Part shown: positions 39,971 to 53,935 of the stretch, in pieces | How the letters are laid out: every line of letters starts with the position of its first letter | Position numbering within the stretch: the stretch's first letter is position 1 | Origin: Octopus vulgaris | Taxonomy: Eukaryota | Assembly: GCA_951406725.2 (NCBI GenBank) | Contig: OX597830.1 | Span: 47,616,001-47,680,000 of the forward strand | DNA: 64,000 bases | Direction of reading: 5' to 3' | Made by a program: the position numbers and the translations under genes | Notes under the pieces: generated by a model | Seen by the model: the letters and a program-made list of their open reading frames with translations, nothing else | Databases searched by the model: none | What the model was told of the DNA's origin: nothing

Positions 39971-40829
39971 AGACAGTCAGTGGATATGAGAGTTCATTTT
40001 TTTCCATGTGACTTCCATGTGATTACAGCCGTATCGTAAGCTTCTTCATGTAGAATTATTAATTTCAGTATGAAGTGGGTGAGCAGGCAGAACCGTTGGC
40101 ACGCCGGACAAAATGCTTAGCGACATTTCGTCCGTTTTTACTTTCTGAGTTCAAATTCCACTGAGGTCGACTTTACCTTTCATCTTTTCGGGATCGATAA
40201 ATTAAGTAACAATCGATCAGTGGGGTCAATGTTATCGATTTAACCGTTCCCCTACAATTTCAGGCCTTTTGCCAAAGCAGAAAGAATTATTAATTTCGCT
40301 CTGCAAAATTATATACACATGTTTACATGTGTTCTACCGTTGGCTTATTGTCTGGAAATAAGAGGACAACTGTAAACGCTGTTCCTGCCTGAATAGATGT
40401 CATCAGCAAGGCAATTGTCCAACCTTATTGCCAGCAACCAAGAGACTCGGACTTATATAAAAAGAGTAGAACTCATTGATGGCAGAGGTAATCTGCATTA
40501 TTTAAACAAAAACAAACTTTATAGAAATAACTGAGAATGGCCTGTGGCGTGTATGTGAACACAGACAAATACAGGTATATCATATACCATACAACATAAA
40601 TTCCTGATTTATTAAAATTATTTCCGCCTCTAGAGGATGTGTCATAATTACCAAATGGCAATTAAGACCAGTTCCATGTGAGAAGATTAGATAACCCCAA
40701 GAACTCCCCAGAGTTGACGTACCATTAAGGAAAAAGACAGAATCAGATCAAGGATTACCTTTAAATTCAAGTCCCGTTTAGCAATATTTACTCAAATAGC
40801 ACCCCTAATATCTAACTTGATTAGCCAAA

Positions 40830-41985
40830 GTATTTAGATTGGTTCCAAAGTTTGAAACAAAGTTAGCAATTTCGGAAGAGGAGTTAAGCTACTTACATCA
40901 ACCCCAGAACTCAACTGGTACTTATTTTATCGACCCTGAAAGGAAAAAAGACAAAGTCGACCTCGGCGGAATTTGAACTCTGAAGAACGAAATTCCGCTA
41001 AGCATTTTGCTCGGCATTCTTATGATGCTGCCAGCTCGCCGATCTCTCCAGCCTGTTTATATTGCTGGTTCCTTCCTTCTGTCTGTGTTTTGGCTTTGCA
41101 GTGAAACAAAGCATCTCAGCTGTTATTAACTAGTTCAGAAATATTTACATATTGATTCAGATGATAGTTGCTAAGCAATTCACTGGTTGATCGAAGCCAG
41201 TGGTGATGGAGGATGGGGGGAATGGGATTTGTTTTTTTTATGTTTGTTTGTTTGAAATTTTCTTCCTTTCACTTTTTCTCTGTGTTGGCTTTTGTTATTG
41301 TTGTTGTAATAATCATTTCTTACAGCGGCACAAGGCCAGAAGTCTTACAGGAGAGAAACGATCAATTATATCGATCTCATTACTTCGTCGTACCTTCTTT
41401 ATCGATCTCGGAAAGATAAAAGAAAACGTTAATGTCGGCAGGATTTGAACTCGGTAACGATTATTTCTAATATAGCACAAGGCCAGACATTTGTCTGGAA
41501 GGGAGCTGTCGATTATATCAACTCCATTGCTTGATTGGTGCTTTATCTTATTAACCTCACAAAGATGACAGACAAAGTTGACTTCGGCAGGATTTGATCC
41601 CAGAACGTAAAGAGTCAGAAGAGCACAAGGCATTGTGACCGACGCTCTGGTGGTTCTGCTAATCATAACGATCCTTTCTACTGAAGGCACGAAGCCTAAT
41701 ATTTTAGGGGAGAGAAGAAATCGATTACATCGACCCACTGTTCAATTGATAGTTATTTTATCGATCCAGACACGATGAAAGGCAAAGTCGACCTCAATGG
41801 AATTTGAACGCTGAACGTAAGGACGCACAAAATGCCGCTAAGCATTTTTCTCGGTGTGCTAACAGTTCTGCCAGTTCACCGCCTTACACCACACGTATAA
41901 TATTGGCTTCAAATTTTGGCACAAGGCCAGCAATTTCGGGGGACGGGGGAGTCGATTACATCGACCTCAATACTTGACTGGTACA
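40830..41985 (-). mobile_element. Cluster of decayed Meta-like SINE copies
   Basis: Repeated GGCAAAGTCGACCTCGGCGGAATTTGAAC / CACAAGGCC segments. Confidence 0.8.
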
Positions 41986-43087
41986 AAGAAGTAAGGAGTG
42001 GGAGATGCATAATTTATACAAAGTTGGGGAAAGGGTGAAGGACGACATACAAAGTATAAGGAGAGAAATTCATAATTTATAGAAAAAAGACAAACAATAC
42101 TCAAATATTTTTACGGAATAAATTTTGAAATGCTTCTATAAAGCACAATAATTAAAACATGATATTTCTATAAAAATTCAACGCCCACTTGCGTTCCTAA
42201 TTAAGTATCCATTCTTCCTGCCCATTATTATTCAGAGCTGAAGATTTCAAGGTCGTCCAGAAAAAGCTCCTGGCGTATAATGTGCCAGGGAGGAGCAATG
42301 ACCTCTGGATCCGTAATATTTGAAATTTGGATTCTTCGTCCATCCTTTCATTGGTGCTGGGAATGTGATTCTATTTCCTTCCCAGTCCGTATTTTATATG
42401 AAAATCCCTTGTGTAGATCACATAAATGCCTTATTAGAGCTTTGTTAGTTTGCGAAGGGTTCTGAATGTCAAATCGTTCACCAAAGGGGTTGTTTCCTCC
42501 TTACAAGATAAGGCCTGTCCTTCATAAGATATGAGTTTTTTCCCCAGCAAGAGTATCTTCTCTTCAAAGCAACTCTAACGTTCCTCGTGTTTTTTGTTTT
42601 TTTACAGTTATTCTTTTGTATTTAATTTTTCAGTGATTCTTTCTCGTTTTTTTTAAAAAGTCTGCTTGCTTTCCAGGGTCTCCGCCTACTTCCGGCCCTT
42701 ACAAGCGGATGAAGGTGGTAATAACAGGAGGAGAGGCTTCCTAGCAATTTCATTTTAGCAATTGTTTTTAAATGGATTGCTTTCCCTGACTCTGCCAGAT
42801 ATGGTTGAGAGATGTGTTTCTTGGGTTCCAGGTTAGATTTTGGCAAAGAGGAAAGAGTAATTTTATTTGCCAACTCGTAAGTTCTGTCTAGTGTCGCAAG
42901 TTCTGTCTAGCACCGACAACCTCCAGGACCGACAGCCCCTTAAGATTCTGCATGAACACACTCACTCATGCGTATATATAACAGGCATATTTATGCAATT
43001 GAGTACCTTTTCCTCTTGAATAAATTCAAATGTGGCATGTACACACGCACGCACACATACACATACATACATACATACATACATACA

Positions 43088-43118
<31 letters not shown>

Positions 43119-43480
43119 CAGTATCAATAATATTCTTGTTTAAGAATTATACACACACGCACAAAGAAAACGGAGAATACATGCACTGAATAATCAATTG
43201 ATTTATTGTCCAGTCGAATTAATGAGTTCATCCATATTTCCTACGCTGCGTTTCAGTTGATTGCTCCTATTATTTAAAATTTTTCTCCTATATCGAAAAC
43301 GATAGAAACCTCTATAACGCACTGAAATTTCAGAAGAGTAAGGTGCTAATATTGAAGAAGAACCAACGACAAACACTAGTACATATACACATGTAGAAAT
43401 TTCCAGCATCGTTAATCGATATGGTGCTAAACTGGTGTACGCTTGGATAATATATCCGTAAGAAAGAACAACTTCTTTCC

Positions 43481-43545
<65 letters not shown>

Positions 43546-44201
43546 GAAGGTTTGAAAATGAAATTTTAAAGATGTTTATTGACTTGACCGGTTTCACATT
43601 TTTAGAAAAAGATTGTCAAAAGTAAAATGTAAAGCTTTGTTGTATTAAGTACTAGTTGTCACAAAAGTATTAAAATACAGTTATACATTCTTTGATAATA
43701 AGAAAATGTTAAAAACAGTTTACAAGAAAGTATTTAAGAAAGTATTCAAAAAAGTATTAGGAGTTCAATAAAAATCATGTTTAGTAGTATATATATACAC
43801 AGAAGGAGATATATTTGAGAATTTACAAAACATTAGAGAGGAACTGATCTATCTTTCTGACATTTTTCTGTCTTGTGTGTAGCTAATGAATGTTTGCTGT
43901 TTTAAGGGACAGTGTGGGAGGTTGGTTGGCGGCGTGGGGGTGGGTGAAGAGCAATGTGGAATCAAAAGGATTTTTTGTTTCTGGGTTAGTCTGTCATGGC
44001 TCAGTGGTTTTTGGGATTGATCTGAGAGGTCAGAATGGTGTGAGTGTGTCTCTGTTCACATCTCAATGTGCTTGTTTGTGTGTCTGGGCCGTTTTTGATT
44101 GGTCCCAAAGTTTTTTGTGGCGTGTGTATATGGGTCTGTGTGTGTTTTATATTTGGTAGGATGGTGTGTGTATATGTGTGCACGTTTGTGTGTGTGTGTG
44201 T

Positions 44202-45100
44202 GTTTTGAACAGATGTGTAACAGCACAACAGCAAATGCCCCATTCAATGTTTAAAATGCGGCGAACGTATTCTTGCTGGAATCGTGCTAACAATTTGAAA
44301 TGTCTTTCATAACACGTCCATGTTTCAGTCGTTGGTGCCAAACTTCATGGTAGTCCTTATGTCGTCCTTAAACCTCTTTTTAGGTCTACACCGATTGTGT
44401 TTCACCTCTGCAAGCTCGCCATAAAACAACTGCTTGGGTGTGCGTTCATCCACCATTCGAACAAGTGACCATCTCCCTTGGTTTTTCAGAATCATTGATT
44501 TAATTGAAGTGATGCCAACAGACGCAAAGACATCTGTGTCAGGAGTAAAAAAAAGGCCCCATTCAATGTTTAAAATGCGGCGAACGTATTCTTGCTGGAA
44601 TCGTGCTAACAATTTGAAATGTCTTTCATAACACGTCCATGTTTCAGTCGTTGGTGCCAAACTCGTGACTACAAATCATTAAAATCCTTGTGTTGCCTTT
44701 TGAATTCGTAAAAGTATTTCTGTATCCAGATTTCTTTCATTTTGTACAGAGCTTCCAAGGTAGATAAAAGAGTCAATAACCTCAAGTAACTTAACCTTAA
44801 CGAAAATTTTAGGCGGGTTGTAAACAGCACCACATAGAGGCTGATGCATTACAACTCAAGCCAAAATCATCACAAGCTGAGTCAAACGCAAATACAAGGG
44901 ATTGCAGACCTGTTTCAGAATCACTGGCAACATCGCAATCGTCAGCGTATAAGAGTTCCCTTACGAGTGAAGTGAAAACCTTTGCCTTGAATTTCAGTCT
45001 GGTCAGATTAAAATATTTCTTGTTCGAAACGTTATGCCAACACCCTCTTCGGAGTTTTGAACAGATGTGTAACAGCACAACAGCAAAGTATAGTGCAAAT

Positions 45101-45176
<76 letters not shown>

Positions 45177-45450
45177 TTGCAATACGATTCTACCTATATA
45201 TCTGTGTACACCTTTCAATGCCGTGTATCCCAAAAGGTTTGCAAATCTAACAGAGGCGCCAAAAGACATTTCAAGATCCACAAAGATCAGAACTTAACTG
45301 TAGCTCTTGGTGACACAAATCAGAGGTGCAATCTATGTGGATGTCTTTTCAATGCATTGCCTGGTTTAAAAACCACATCAGACGTCATGATGGACCTAAG
45401 GTGTAGGTACAAGAGGCGGTCAGACTCTGCATAAGGAGTAGACAACAACC
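44202..45450. mobile_element. Rearranged RTE-clade LINE: RT fragment on - (44202-45087) and zinc-finger 3' end on + (about 45205-45450)
   Basis: VRELLYADD, ETWTCYERHFKLLARFQ...RRILNI, VRMVDERTPKQLFYGEL; CRVSQKVCKSNRGAKRHFKIH...CNLCGCLF. The 3' end recurs at 27800-27940. Confidence 0.85.
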
Positions 45451-45789
45451 ACATATATACGTGTGTGTGTGTGTGTTTGTGCGTGTGTTCGCAAAATTCT
45501 TATTGGTAGTGACTTCGAAGTTTCAGTCAATTAAACCATCATCGGGCAGTTCGATGACGATAGCTTAACTGGTCGAAATTTCGAAGTTGTGGGGTTAGAA
45601 AGTATGTTTAGGAAATTGCGGATGAATTTGTGCTAAACTGAATGGGTAGAAGATGAGAGAAAGTGCAATTGGATGCGCCATCTCACTCCATCTTCAAAAA
45701 ATGTTAGGAGTCTCGGCAACTTCCGGGCTGGCGTCGACAGTCAGGCGCATTCAAGTACGCTAACCGATGATGCAACACCTGCCCTCACA

Positions 45790-46140
45790 TTGCCAGCTTT
45801 GCGACTACCATGGAGCCTAGGTGCAGCATTACACGTAACTCATGTTGCACATCTTCCAACCTTATACAATGCATCGCCTGCACACTTTGTAGCGAAATTC
45901 ATGTTGGTGAAAGAAGCCGTCGCTTTGCCGATCGGTTTCTGGGAGCGCATTCGCAGCACACTACGACGTATATCAGGTCAATCCATCCCTGCCCACTTCA
46001 ACATTGCGGACTGTTCCATTATTCACTTATCAGTGTGTTTCATCTCCACACACTTCGGATCGACATCCTCAAGGAAACGAAAAGAATAACATTTCATATC
46101 CAAACTTGGAACCAAGTAACCGACGGATTTTTAGGGAACA
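45790..46140 (+). mobile_element. Penelope-like GIY-YIG endonuclease fragment (frameshifted)
   Basis: CTSSNLIQCIACTLCSEIHVGERSRRFADRF..., PAHFN, RKRKE*HFISKLGT. Confidence 0.85.
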
Positions 46141-46799
46141 GTGTCCCTTCTACTCCTACTTCTCCTCTTAGCAGCATCCGAATCCCATTCTTATCCGTCA
46201 CTTCCCCACTTCACCTCAGTTTTCCCGCCACCTCTCTTTGCCTAACCTATCTTCCTTTCTTTTACTGTTTCTTCCCTCCTCTCACCCACCCTCTCCTTGT
46301 TTTACCCTCCTACTGCTTCCCGTCTCCGTATGAGGCTAACCTTCACTTGCGTTGCCCATCAGTTGCAGCCAGAAGATGACAATCTCTGCTGCATCTCATT
46401 TCCCTTCTTGTCGTCTTTTCCACTGAAAATTACTACCGAATCGTGAAAAACATTACGACTATTGCTGCTGCTGCTGCTGCTACTGCGCCTACTGCTGTTG
46501 CTGCTTCTGTGGTCGTTGTTTTCGCTTTTGTTGTTGTTGTTGCTGTGGTGGTGGTGGCGCTCTGGTCGATGTCGATGTAATGTCTATTATCAGTTTCATT
46601 TCAGATTTATTTATTTATCAGTTTGTACAGTATAAAAAAATATAAAAATATAAAAAATATAAAATTTAATCAGGAAAATGACAACTCTTACAACAACCAC
46701 AACAACAACAACAGCAAGGGAACTTATCTCAAAATTTCTTATACAAAAAAACCTTCCGTCCCTCCTCCCGACCTTCATTTGTTATTCATTGTTATCTCG

Positions 46800-47102
46800 C
46801 CGCCACCACCACCACCACCATCATCACCACCACTACCATCATCACCACCACCACCACCATCATCACCACCACCACCACACCACCACCACCACCATCACCA
46901 CCACCACCACCATCATCACCACCACCACCACCACCATCATCACCACCACCGCCATCATCACCACCACCACCATCACCACCACCATCATCACCACCACCAC
47001 CATCATCACCACTACCATCATCACCACCACCACCATCATCACCACCACCATCATCACCACCACCACCATCATCACCACCACCATCGCCACCACCACCATC
47101 AT
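46800..47102. repeat. (CAC/CAT)n trinucleotide array
   Basis: Seen directly. Confidence 0.95.
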
Positions 47103-47613
47103 CCCCACTTCCTTTCTTCTCCCTCCCCCGTTTCTGTTTATAGATTTTTCTCCATTATTTACTTTGCCATTCATCCATCCATCCATCTCCCCACCACCAT
47201 CCCACCACCCCCCTCGCCTCACTTCTCTCCTGATAATGTCTTCCTTCCACACAAAAAAGAGAGTTCCACTGATTCTGTTTAGTCAAACCTGGAAGACAGA
47301 AGTTTCTCGTTCGTTTGTAAAATCCCAACAAATCTGGAAAAGATGGAAGTGTTAAAGAGAGAGTTTGACATTTTGACATTTTCTTGTCGGAAACCTTGTA
47401 AACTGGATGCGTGGCAGGGTGGGGGTGGGAAGGGGGGTGTTTCGGGGGATAATTAATACAGCAATCTAAAGGGGTGGGTTGTTTATTTTTGCTGGTTGGT
47501 TGTGAGGGTGGCTATGTTATTGTGCTGATATGATGACAATGAGAATGTATATTGCACACCACACCTCGTATAGTATTTCTGTCACTCACATTTCGCCGAG
47601 TGTACGTCTATAG

Positions 47614-47647
<34 letters not shown>

Positions 47648-47650
47648 GTA

Positions 47651-47851
47651 TACAGGGTGGCCCGTTATTCAACTATCTCTTTTGCATTCATATATTAACA
47701 GTTTAGATCTTAATTATAAAATAATATGAAACCCTTATTCTGTGCTAATTCAGTTAATAGTAAGAGAGAAATTTAAATGTAATAAAATGTTTTAAAAGAA
47801 ATTTAAAGTGCCAACATGATAAATGTAAACCTACTTTTGGGTCACCATGTA
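47651..47851. mobile_element. Tc1-type MITE
   Basis: TA-CAGGGTGGCCC ... GGGTCACCATG-TA. Confidence 0.65.
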
Positions 47852-47929
47852 TATGTATATATGTGTATGTATGTGTATTTGTGTTAACATATTTGTATAT
47901 GAGTGTGTATACAACTCACGCATATATAC

Positions 47930-48325
47930 TTTTCTACTCTAGGCACAAGGCCCGAAATTTTTGGGGCGGGGGGTCAGTCGATTAGATCGATCCCAGTACG
48001 CAACTGGTACTTATTTAATCGACCCTGAAAGGACGAAAGGCAAAGTTGACCTCGGCGGAATTTGAACTCAGAACATAAAACAGCCAAAATACCTATTTCT
48101 TTACTACCCACAGGGGACTAAACACATAGGGGAACAAACAAGGACAGACAAACGGATTAAGTCGATTATATCAACTCCAGTGCGTAACTGGTACTTATTT
48201 AATCGACCCCGAAAGGACGAAAAGCAAAGTCGACCTCGGTGGAATTTGAACTCAGAACGTAACCGCAGACGAGATACCGCTAAGCATTTCGCCCGGCGTG
48301 CTAACGTTTCTGCCAGCTCGCCACC
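47930..48325 (-). mobile_element. Meta-like SINE, dimeric
   Basis: Family match. Confidence 0.85.
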
Positions 48326-48856
48326 TTAACACACGCATATATAGACACATATATGTACTCCTGTACGAATGTGTGTGTGTGTGCGTGCGTGCGTGCACGA
48401 ACGTGCATAGGTGTGTGTGTGTGTACATACATGAGTGAGAGTACAGTCGAAAGAAAGAGGCACTCAACGCTTTCAGGAGTTACGTATGTTATTACGTAAA
48501 AGATTTTGTTTCGGCCCCAAGTTGCGCAGGTTCGTTACAAGCTTGTCTGAGCCCAGCAAGCTAGGTTCCTGTGATGAAATCACTCTTGTCTTAAGTGATA
48601 ATCCTTTACACGACCCAGTGCTTGATTAGTCCTTATTTCATTGACTGAGAAAGGATGAAAGGCAAAGGTAGAATTTGAACTCAGAACGTAAAGGTAGATA
48701 AAATACCACTAAGCATTTTAACTGGTGTGTAGCCACATTTGGAATTGCTTACAACTACACCTTGTTGTGTGAAGATTTGGCTGGGATTCTATATTTCAGA
48801 ATTAAATACCTTCTCCACCTTGATTTGTGGATTTGCTATTGTCAACATCATCATCA

Positions 48857-49430
48857 TCAATACTTCATCCCATGATTTCCTGGTTCCCCACTACCATGTG
48901 TTCCATCCACTTTGAGAGTGGCACACTTCTTTAAGGAGCTGTCAGCATCCTTCCACATCACATGACCAAACCAGCACAGTCTTCTCTCTTGCACACTGCA
49001 TCTAATCCTCCTTATGCCAAACTTCTCTCTCAGAACAGTGGCACTCTGTTGAACTTGTACACTTACATTACACATCCAGCAGAGCATACTGACCCCATTC
49101 CTTTCTAACCATCACATGTCTTCTACATTCAGGGCCCACGTCTCCCTACCCTGTAGAATTGCTGTCTGTATACATGCATCATACAATCTTCCTTTCACTT
49201 GGAAGGAGAAACCTTTTGTGGTTAACAAAGGTAACAGCTCTCTGAATTTTCTCTATCCTATTCTTATTCTAGCAATTGCAGTCTTCTTGCTACTAATTTG
49301 GTCCCCTAGGTAGCAGAAATTATCTCCTACCTCTAATGAGCCACCAAGGCTTTTGAAAGAATCAGTTTCCCGAGTTTCCAAAGATTTTTTATGGCTCCTG
49401 CGCATCCTCCACATATGAAAACTATCTTCC
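48857..49430 (-). mobile_element. RTE-like LINE fragment
   Basis: LEVGDNFCYLGDQI, ARIRIG, VQERRLCWFGHV. Confidence 0.8.
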
Positions 49431-50222
49431 CTAATAATAATAATTCCTAGTTCAAATCTAGTCTGAGACCGTGACAATATATCCAGTCAAAAGGCAGATG
49501 AAGATGACTGGAATTCAAGCCATAATGTGAATAAGGGTAATTCTGAAAACAACATTCATAGTGTAGAAAAATTACAATCTAAATAGATTCCCACCAAGAT
49601 TTGAACTCAGAATGTGGAGAATCAAAATTACAATGAAACAACAACAAACCAAACAAGCCAAATTATTTCAAAATAGAATTTTATTCAATTTGTTCTACTT
49701 CAAGTCATAGTTTTTGAAACATTTACAGAAATAAGTGGACAATGATTCAAAGATGGCATGATTTGATAGGCATCAGAATATTACACAGACATTCCCGGCT
49801 CATTTTCCATTTGGCTTGGACACACACAAACATGCTAAATGGCACCAATACCAATATTCTACAATAGTTTAAATTGTGCTGCAGTGCCATCTCTTTGCTC
49901 TAAAGAAATGTGTATGTCTTCTGGAATGACATGGAACTTAAAAGAATAAAACTGGATTGTTTGAGAGAAAATAATGATATATTTATGTTATGTGATTTTA
50001 TATATTCATTTAATGCACCAAGGTTGTTAAAAGAAAGAACACAAAATTTTCTATGTACATTTACGTGTGTGTACACATAGAGTGCTCAACCTGCTATCTC
50101 CCTGCCATTCATCACCTCACACAACTAAATACTTCAAAGTCTAGAATTTGCGAGTTACTTCTACGTGAGGTGACCTCACTTCCAGCAACAGCATGACTGA
50201 ATATCCATTAAGAAGAAAGGAA

Positions 50223-50323
<101 letters not shown>

Positions 50324-51025
50324 GGTGGCATTTCTCTGGTGTGCCGAATCTTCGGACAATTCCTAAAATATTCAAACAGGAGAACAGAGTTGAAGAGATG
50401 CTATTCTACAACACTCCACAAGAAAGTCTTGTAACCAAAGACATAAAATGAAAATGTAGAATTCTGAATCCAAATTTCTGCAAGAATCAAAGGATTTTTC
50501 TTCTCGTTCTGATTGCACTAGATAAGAGCAAAACGTAAATTGGCTTTTATTGGAATACCACGAAAATTCGATTGTCCGTTTCCATGCCAAATACAGTTGT
50601 AAAGGGCGTCAAGGATTCTATAAAAACAGCACAGCTGTTTGGTCCTGCCTTCTCGTTGCATCAATTACTACAAATTAATTAAAACTCATCATCATTCAAC
50701 AGACATAATTCGAACATAAGAACTTTTTTTCAATTTGGCTCAGTTTTTCCAAGCAATGATACAGACTCAGCTGAATTGCTGAAGGAGTTGTATATTACTG
50801 GTATTTTAGTGAACAATGAAAGTAAATATCAACTGTTTAAACTCATTATGTTTGGAGGTAAATCAAAGTCATTTAGTCAGACTTTAATGTTTTCAATAAT
50901 TCACTGTTTAAATTTTGATATAAAATAAAAAAAATATAATCTATTGTTCTTTCTTTTTCTTTTCTTTTTCTTTTTTTTTTTTTACAGTATTATCTTTGAT
51001 AGCAAATACAAAAATATTGAAAATT

Positions 51026-51134
51026 TTATTTCCGGAAAGCATACACCGGATCACCAACTTGAATCCATCCTTCAGTGTTAGGACTGATCATAATACCAAA
51101 ATTTGGGGATTTCGTTCCACGAGGGGCCCGGAAG
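51026..51134 (-). CDS. MTARC: mARC exon 7 (FRAPRGTKSPNFGIMISPNTEGWIQVGDPVYAFRK*)
   Basis: Read by hand. Acceptor cttttaaatag; PxFG...GxIxVGDPVY C-terminal MOSC motif; stop TAA at 51026-51028. Confidence 0.93.
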
Positions 51135-53840
51135 CTATTTAAAAGAAAGAGATTTACAAGAATTAATGCAAAACATAAAGAGAAGCAGGGGAATGGAGAG
51201 AGAAGGGAAGAAGGGAGGGAGGGAAAGAGAGAGGTAATGGAGAGGGGAAAATTAATTAGTTAATTGTATGTAATAATGAGTTTCAAATTTTGGCACCTTG
51301 CTTCATCTGACTTTAATCTTTTCATCTCATTACAGCATTAATTAGGGGTGGAGGGGGGGGGCGAATGTTTATTAATTGCGAAGAGATTAAGAAATGATAT
51401 TGGATGTTTCTTTGCTTTGAAATGTGAAAGATTTTATGCCTGAGGAATCAACAATTTGTCAAATAAATTGGATTGTGTCATCGTTGATGAGAGGAAATGT
51501 CATCTTGCTTCAATGAAGACCAAAGACGCATTTGTTTCTTTCCCAACTTGAAATGCGACAGCAGGACGTACATACATATGAGAGAGAAAAGGTAGGAGGG
51601 GGCAAAGGGATTTTATATATATGTATATATACATACAGTATAATCATCATTTAACTTCCATGCCGGTCTGGATTGGTTGGTTTCGCAGGATCTGACAAGA
51701 TGCACAAGGACTGCATTATGCTCCACTCTCTACTTTGGTATGGTTTCCACTGCTGGATGCCCTTCCAAACCCCAACCACTTTACAGATTGTACTGGGTGC
51801 TTTTTTTTTTTATGGCACCAGCACTAGTAAGGTCTCCATGCTGCTTGCGAGACTACAAACCCTGAGAGAGACAGATTTGTGCTAGATGAGGAGTTAAAGC
51901 ACAAGAGAAGGGGCCAGAAGAAAATGGCTTGCAAGGGTTGTACAAGCTGTATACAAAGTGTAGGAGTTCATCATGGTTCAGTCCTCTGCTCCCTCTTTTC
52001 CCTCAAAGTCTTACAGACCATCACAGTGGAGCGTAAGATTGGCTGCCCACGAGAACTCTTGTATGCTGATGATCTGGTTCTCATGGTTGAATGTAATGAC
52101 TACTTACATTTTTGAGGAGAGGGTGGTGGGGCCGATAGATGTGGAGTGGGATGAGACAAAATAGTAGTGATGAGGTGTCTATGTGCACCCTTAAGACATG
52201 AGGTGAATGGGGACAGAAGGGCTGAAGGTCTGGGTGAATAGAGGTTACAAGAGTGTAAGGAAGAATGAAAGAAGATGAGCAGAAAAATATAAAGAACGAG
52301 GAGCAAGGTTTAGCTTCCATGCTTGGAATTTTCTCTCCAATTCCCAAAATCATCAGCATATGAGTTCTCATGGAACTAGATTCCTCGGTGAACATGAAAT
52401 CACTGAATATGGAATTCTACCAAATACCTTCACCAAACCAATGAGAGCCAGAAAAAGTGGTTTCAGATGCTTACACACACACACACACAAGTATTCATAA
52501 AGATAGATATATACCTCTGTAACGTTTTAAAAGGTTCCATTTCTGGATCTTTCTCTCCTGTGTTTGGTTCAACAGAAGGAAGCAGGCACCTAGATGAGAG
52601 AAAATAAAACAAAATGACGGATTTTTTAGTATCAAAACTTTTAATGTGACTTTAAGATATGTCAGAATTGCAGCAGAATTTTTTTTATCAGTGAACAGGT
52701 TGCTGTGTTTTGTGTGCTTGTGGATTGTTGATTTCTGTCTTCCACACTGTAATCACTTCAGATTCAGCAGACAATCTCAGATCAGAATACTTGCCATACT
52801 AATACATCTTTGTAATAAGAAAATATTCTATTTTTGTAATCAGTCCTTAGAATCTCTTCTCCTTTTTAAATCACCATTTTTATTTTATCCGCTTCATTAA
52901 ACCCTATATATTTCTTTATAGCCCAGAAGGGGCTAAACATAGAAAGGACAAACGAGGACAAAGGGATTAAATCGATTACATTGACCCCAGTGCATAGCTG
53001 GTATTTATTTAATCGACCCTGAAAGGATGAAAGGCATAGTTGACCTGGGCGGAATTTGAACTCAGAACGTAACGGTGGACGAAATACCACTAAGCATTTC
53101 ACCTGGCGTGCTAATGATTCTGTCAGCTCGCCGCCCTACATTAAACCTCTTCATTAAACCCTATAGTTTATTCTTCATTTCCGAATACAACCAAGAATTT
53201 TTTCTCATAGACCCCCAACAATGGAAGAGGCAGTCATATCATGCAGACAACCAGAGATTCCTTATTGCTCCCATTTCTACAAGTTCTTTGGTTTGATGAA
53301 ACTATGGAAATAGTGGTATCTCATAGTCACAGGCATGTGCCATACTCTCAACCCTCACAGAATAAGGTCTGCCATCTGTAGGGCTTGAAGAAATTCAGGT
53401 TGCCACTTGTACAGGACTTGGATTTTCATGAAGAAGGGTTGGATTGGACTACAAACCTTAGTCTCTTTTGTCTCTAACTATTTGGACCTGTTGTAAAGAT
53501 GGCCAAGGTGGTATATCAGAGATGCAGTGGGATGACTAGGGTGATGTCTGTGGCACAATATGCTGTGAGCTATGTACCGCACAGTGACACTGTTGGAGAT
53601 TACCTTTTTGCTCAGCAAAAGTGGACCATTGATGTTTGGGTTCCTATGGGCAATCTGTCAAACGTCTCAAACAATTAGCCTTGCCTGCACCATGCCATGT
53701 GGCTAAGAAGCTTGCTTTGCAGTTACATGCAATCCAGGTTCAATCGCACTACAAGGCACCTTGGGCAAGCATTTTCTATTATAGCACTGAACTAACCAAT
53801 AGATAGTAAGTAAAACTGGCAAATAGAAACTGCATGTTTA

Positions 53841-53877
<37 letters not shown>

Positions 53878-53895
53878 ATATATGTATGTATGTAT

Positions 53896-53935
<40 letters not shown>

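Noticed and set aside
46623-47355. Poly-His/Pro ORF resembling His-rich beak proteins
   Set aside because: (CAC/CAT)n microsatellite lacking GHGxY-type repeats and a signal peptide.
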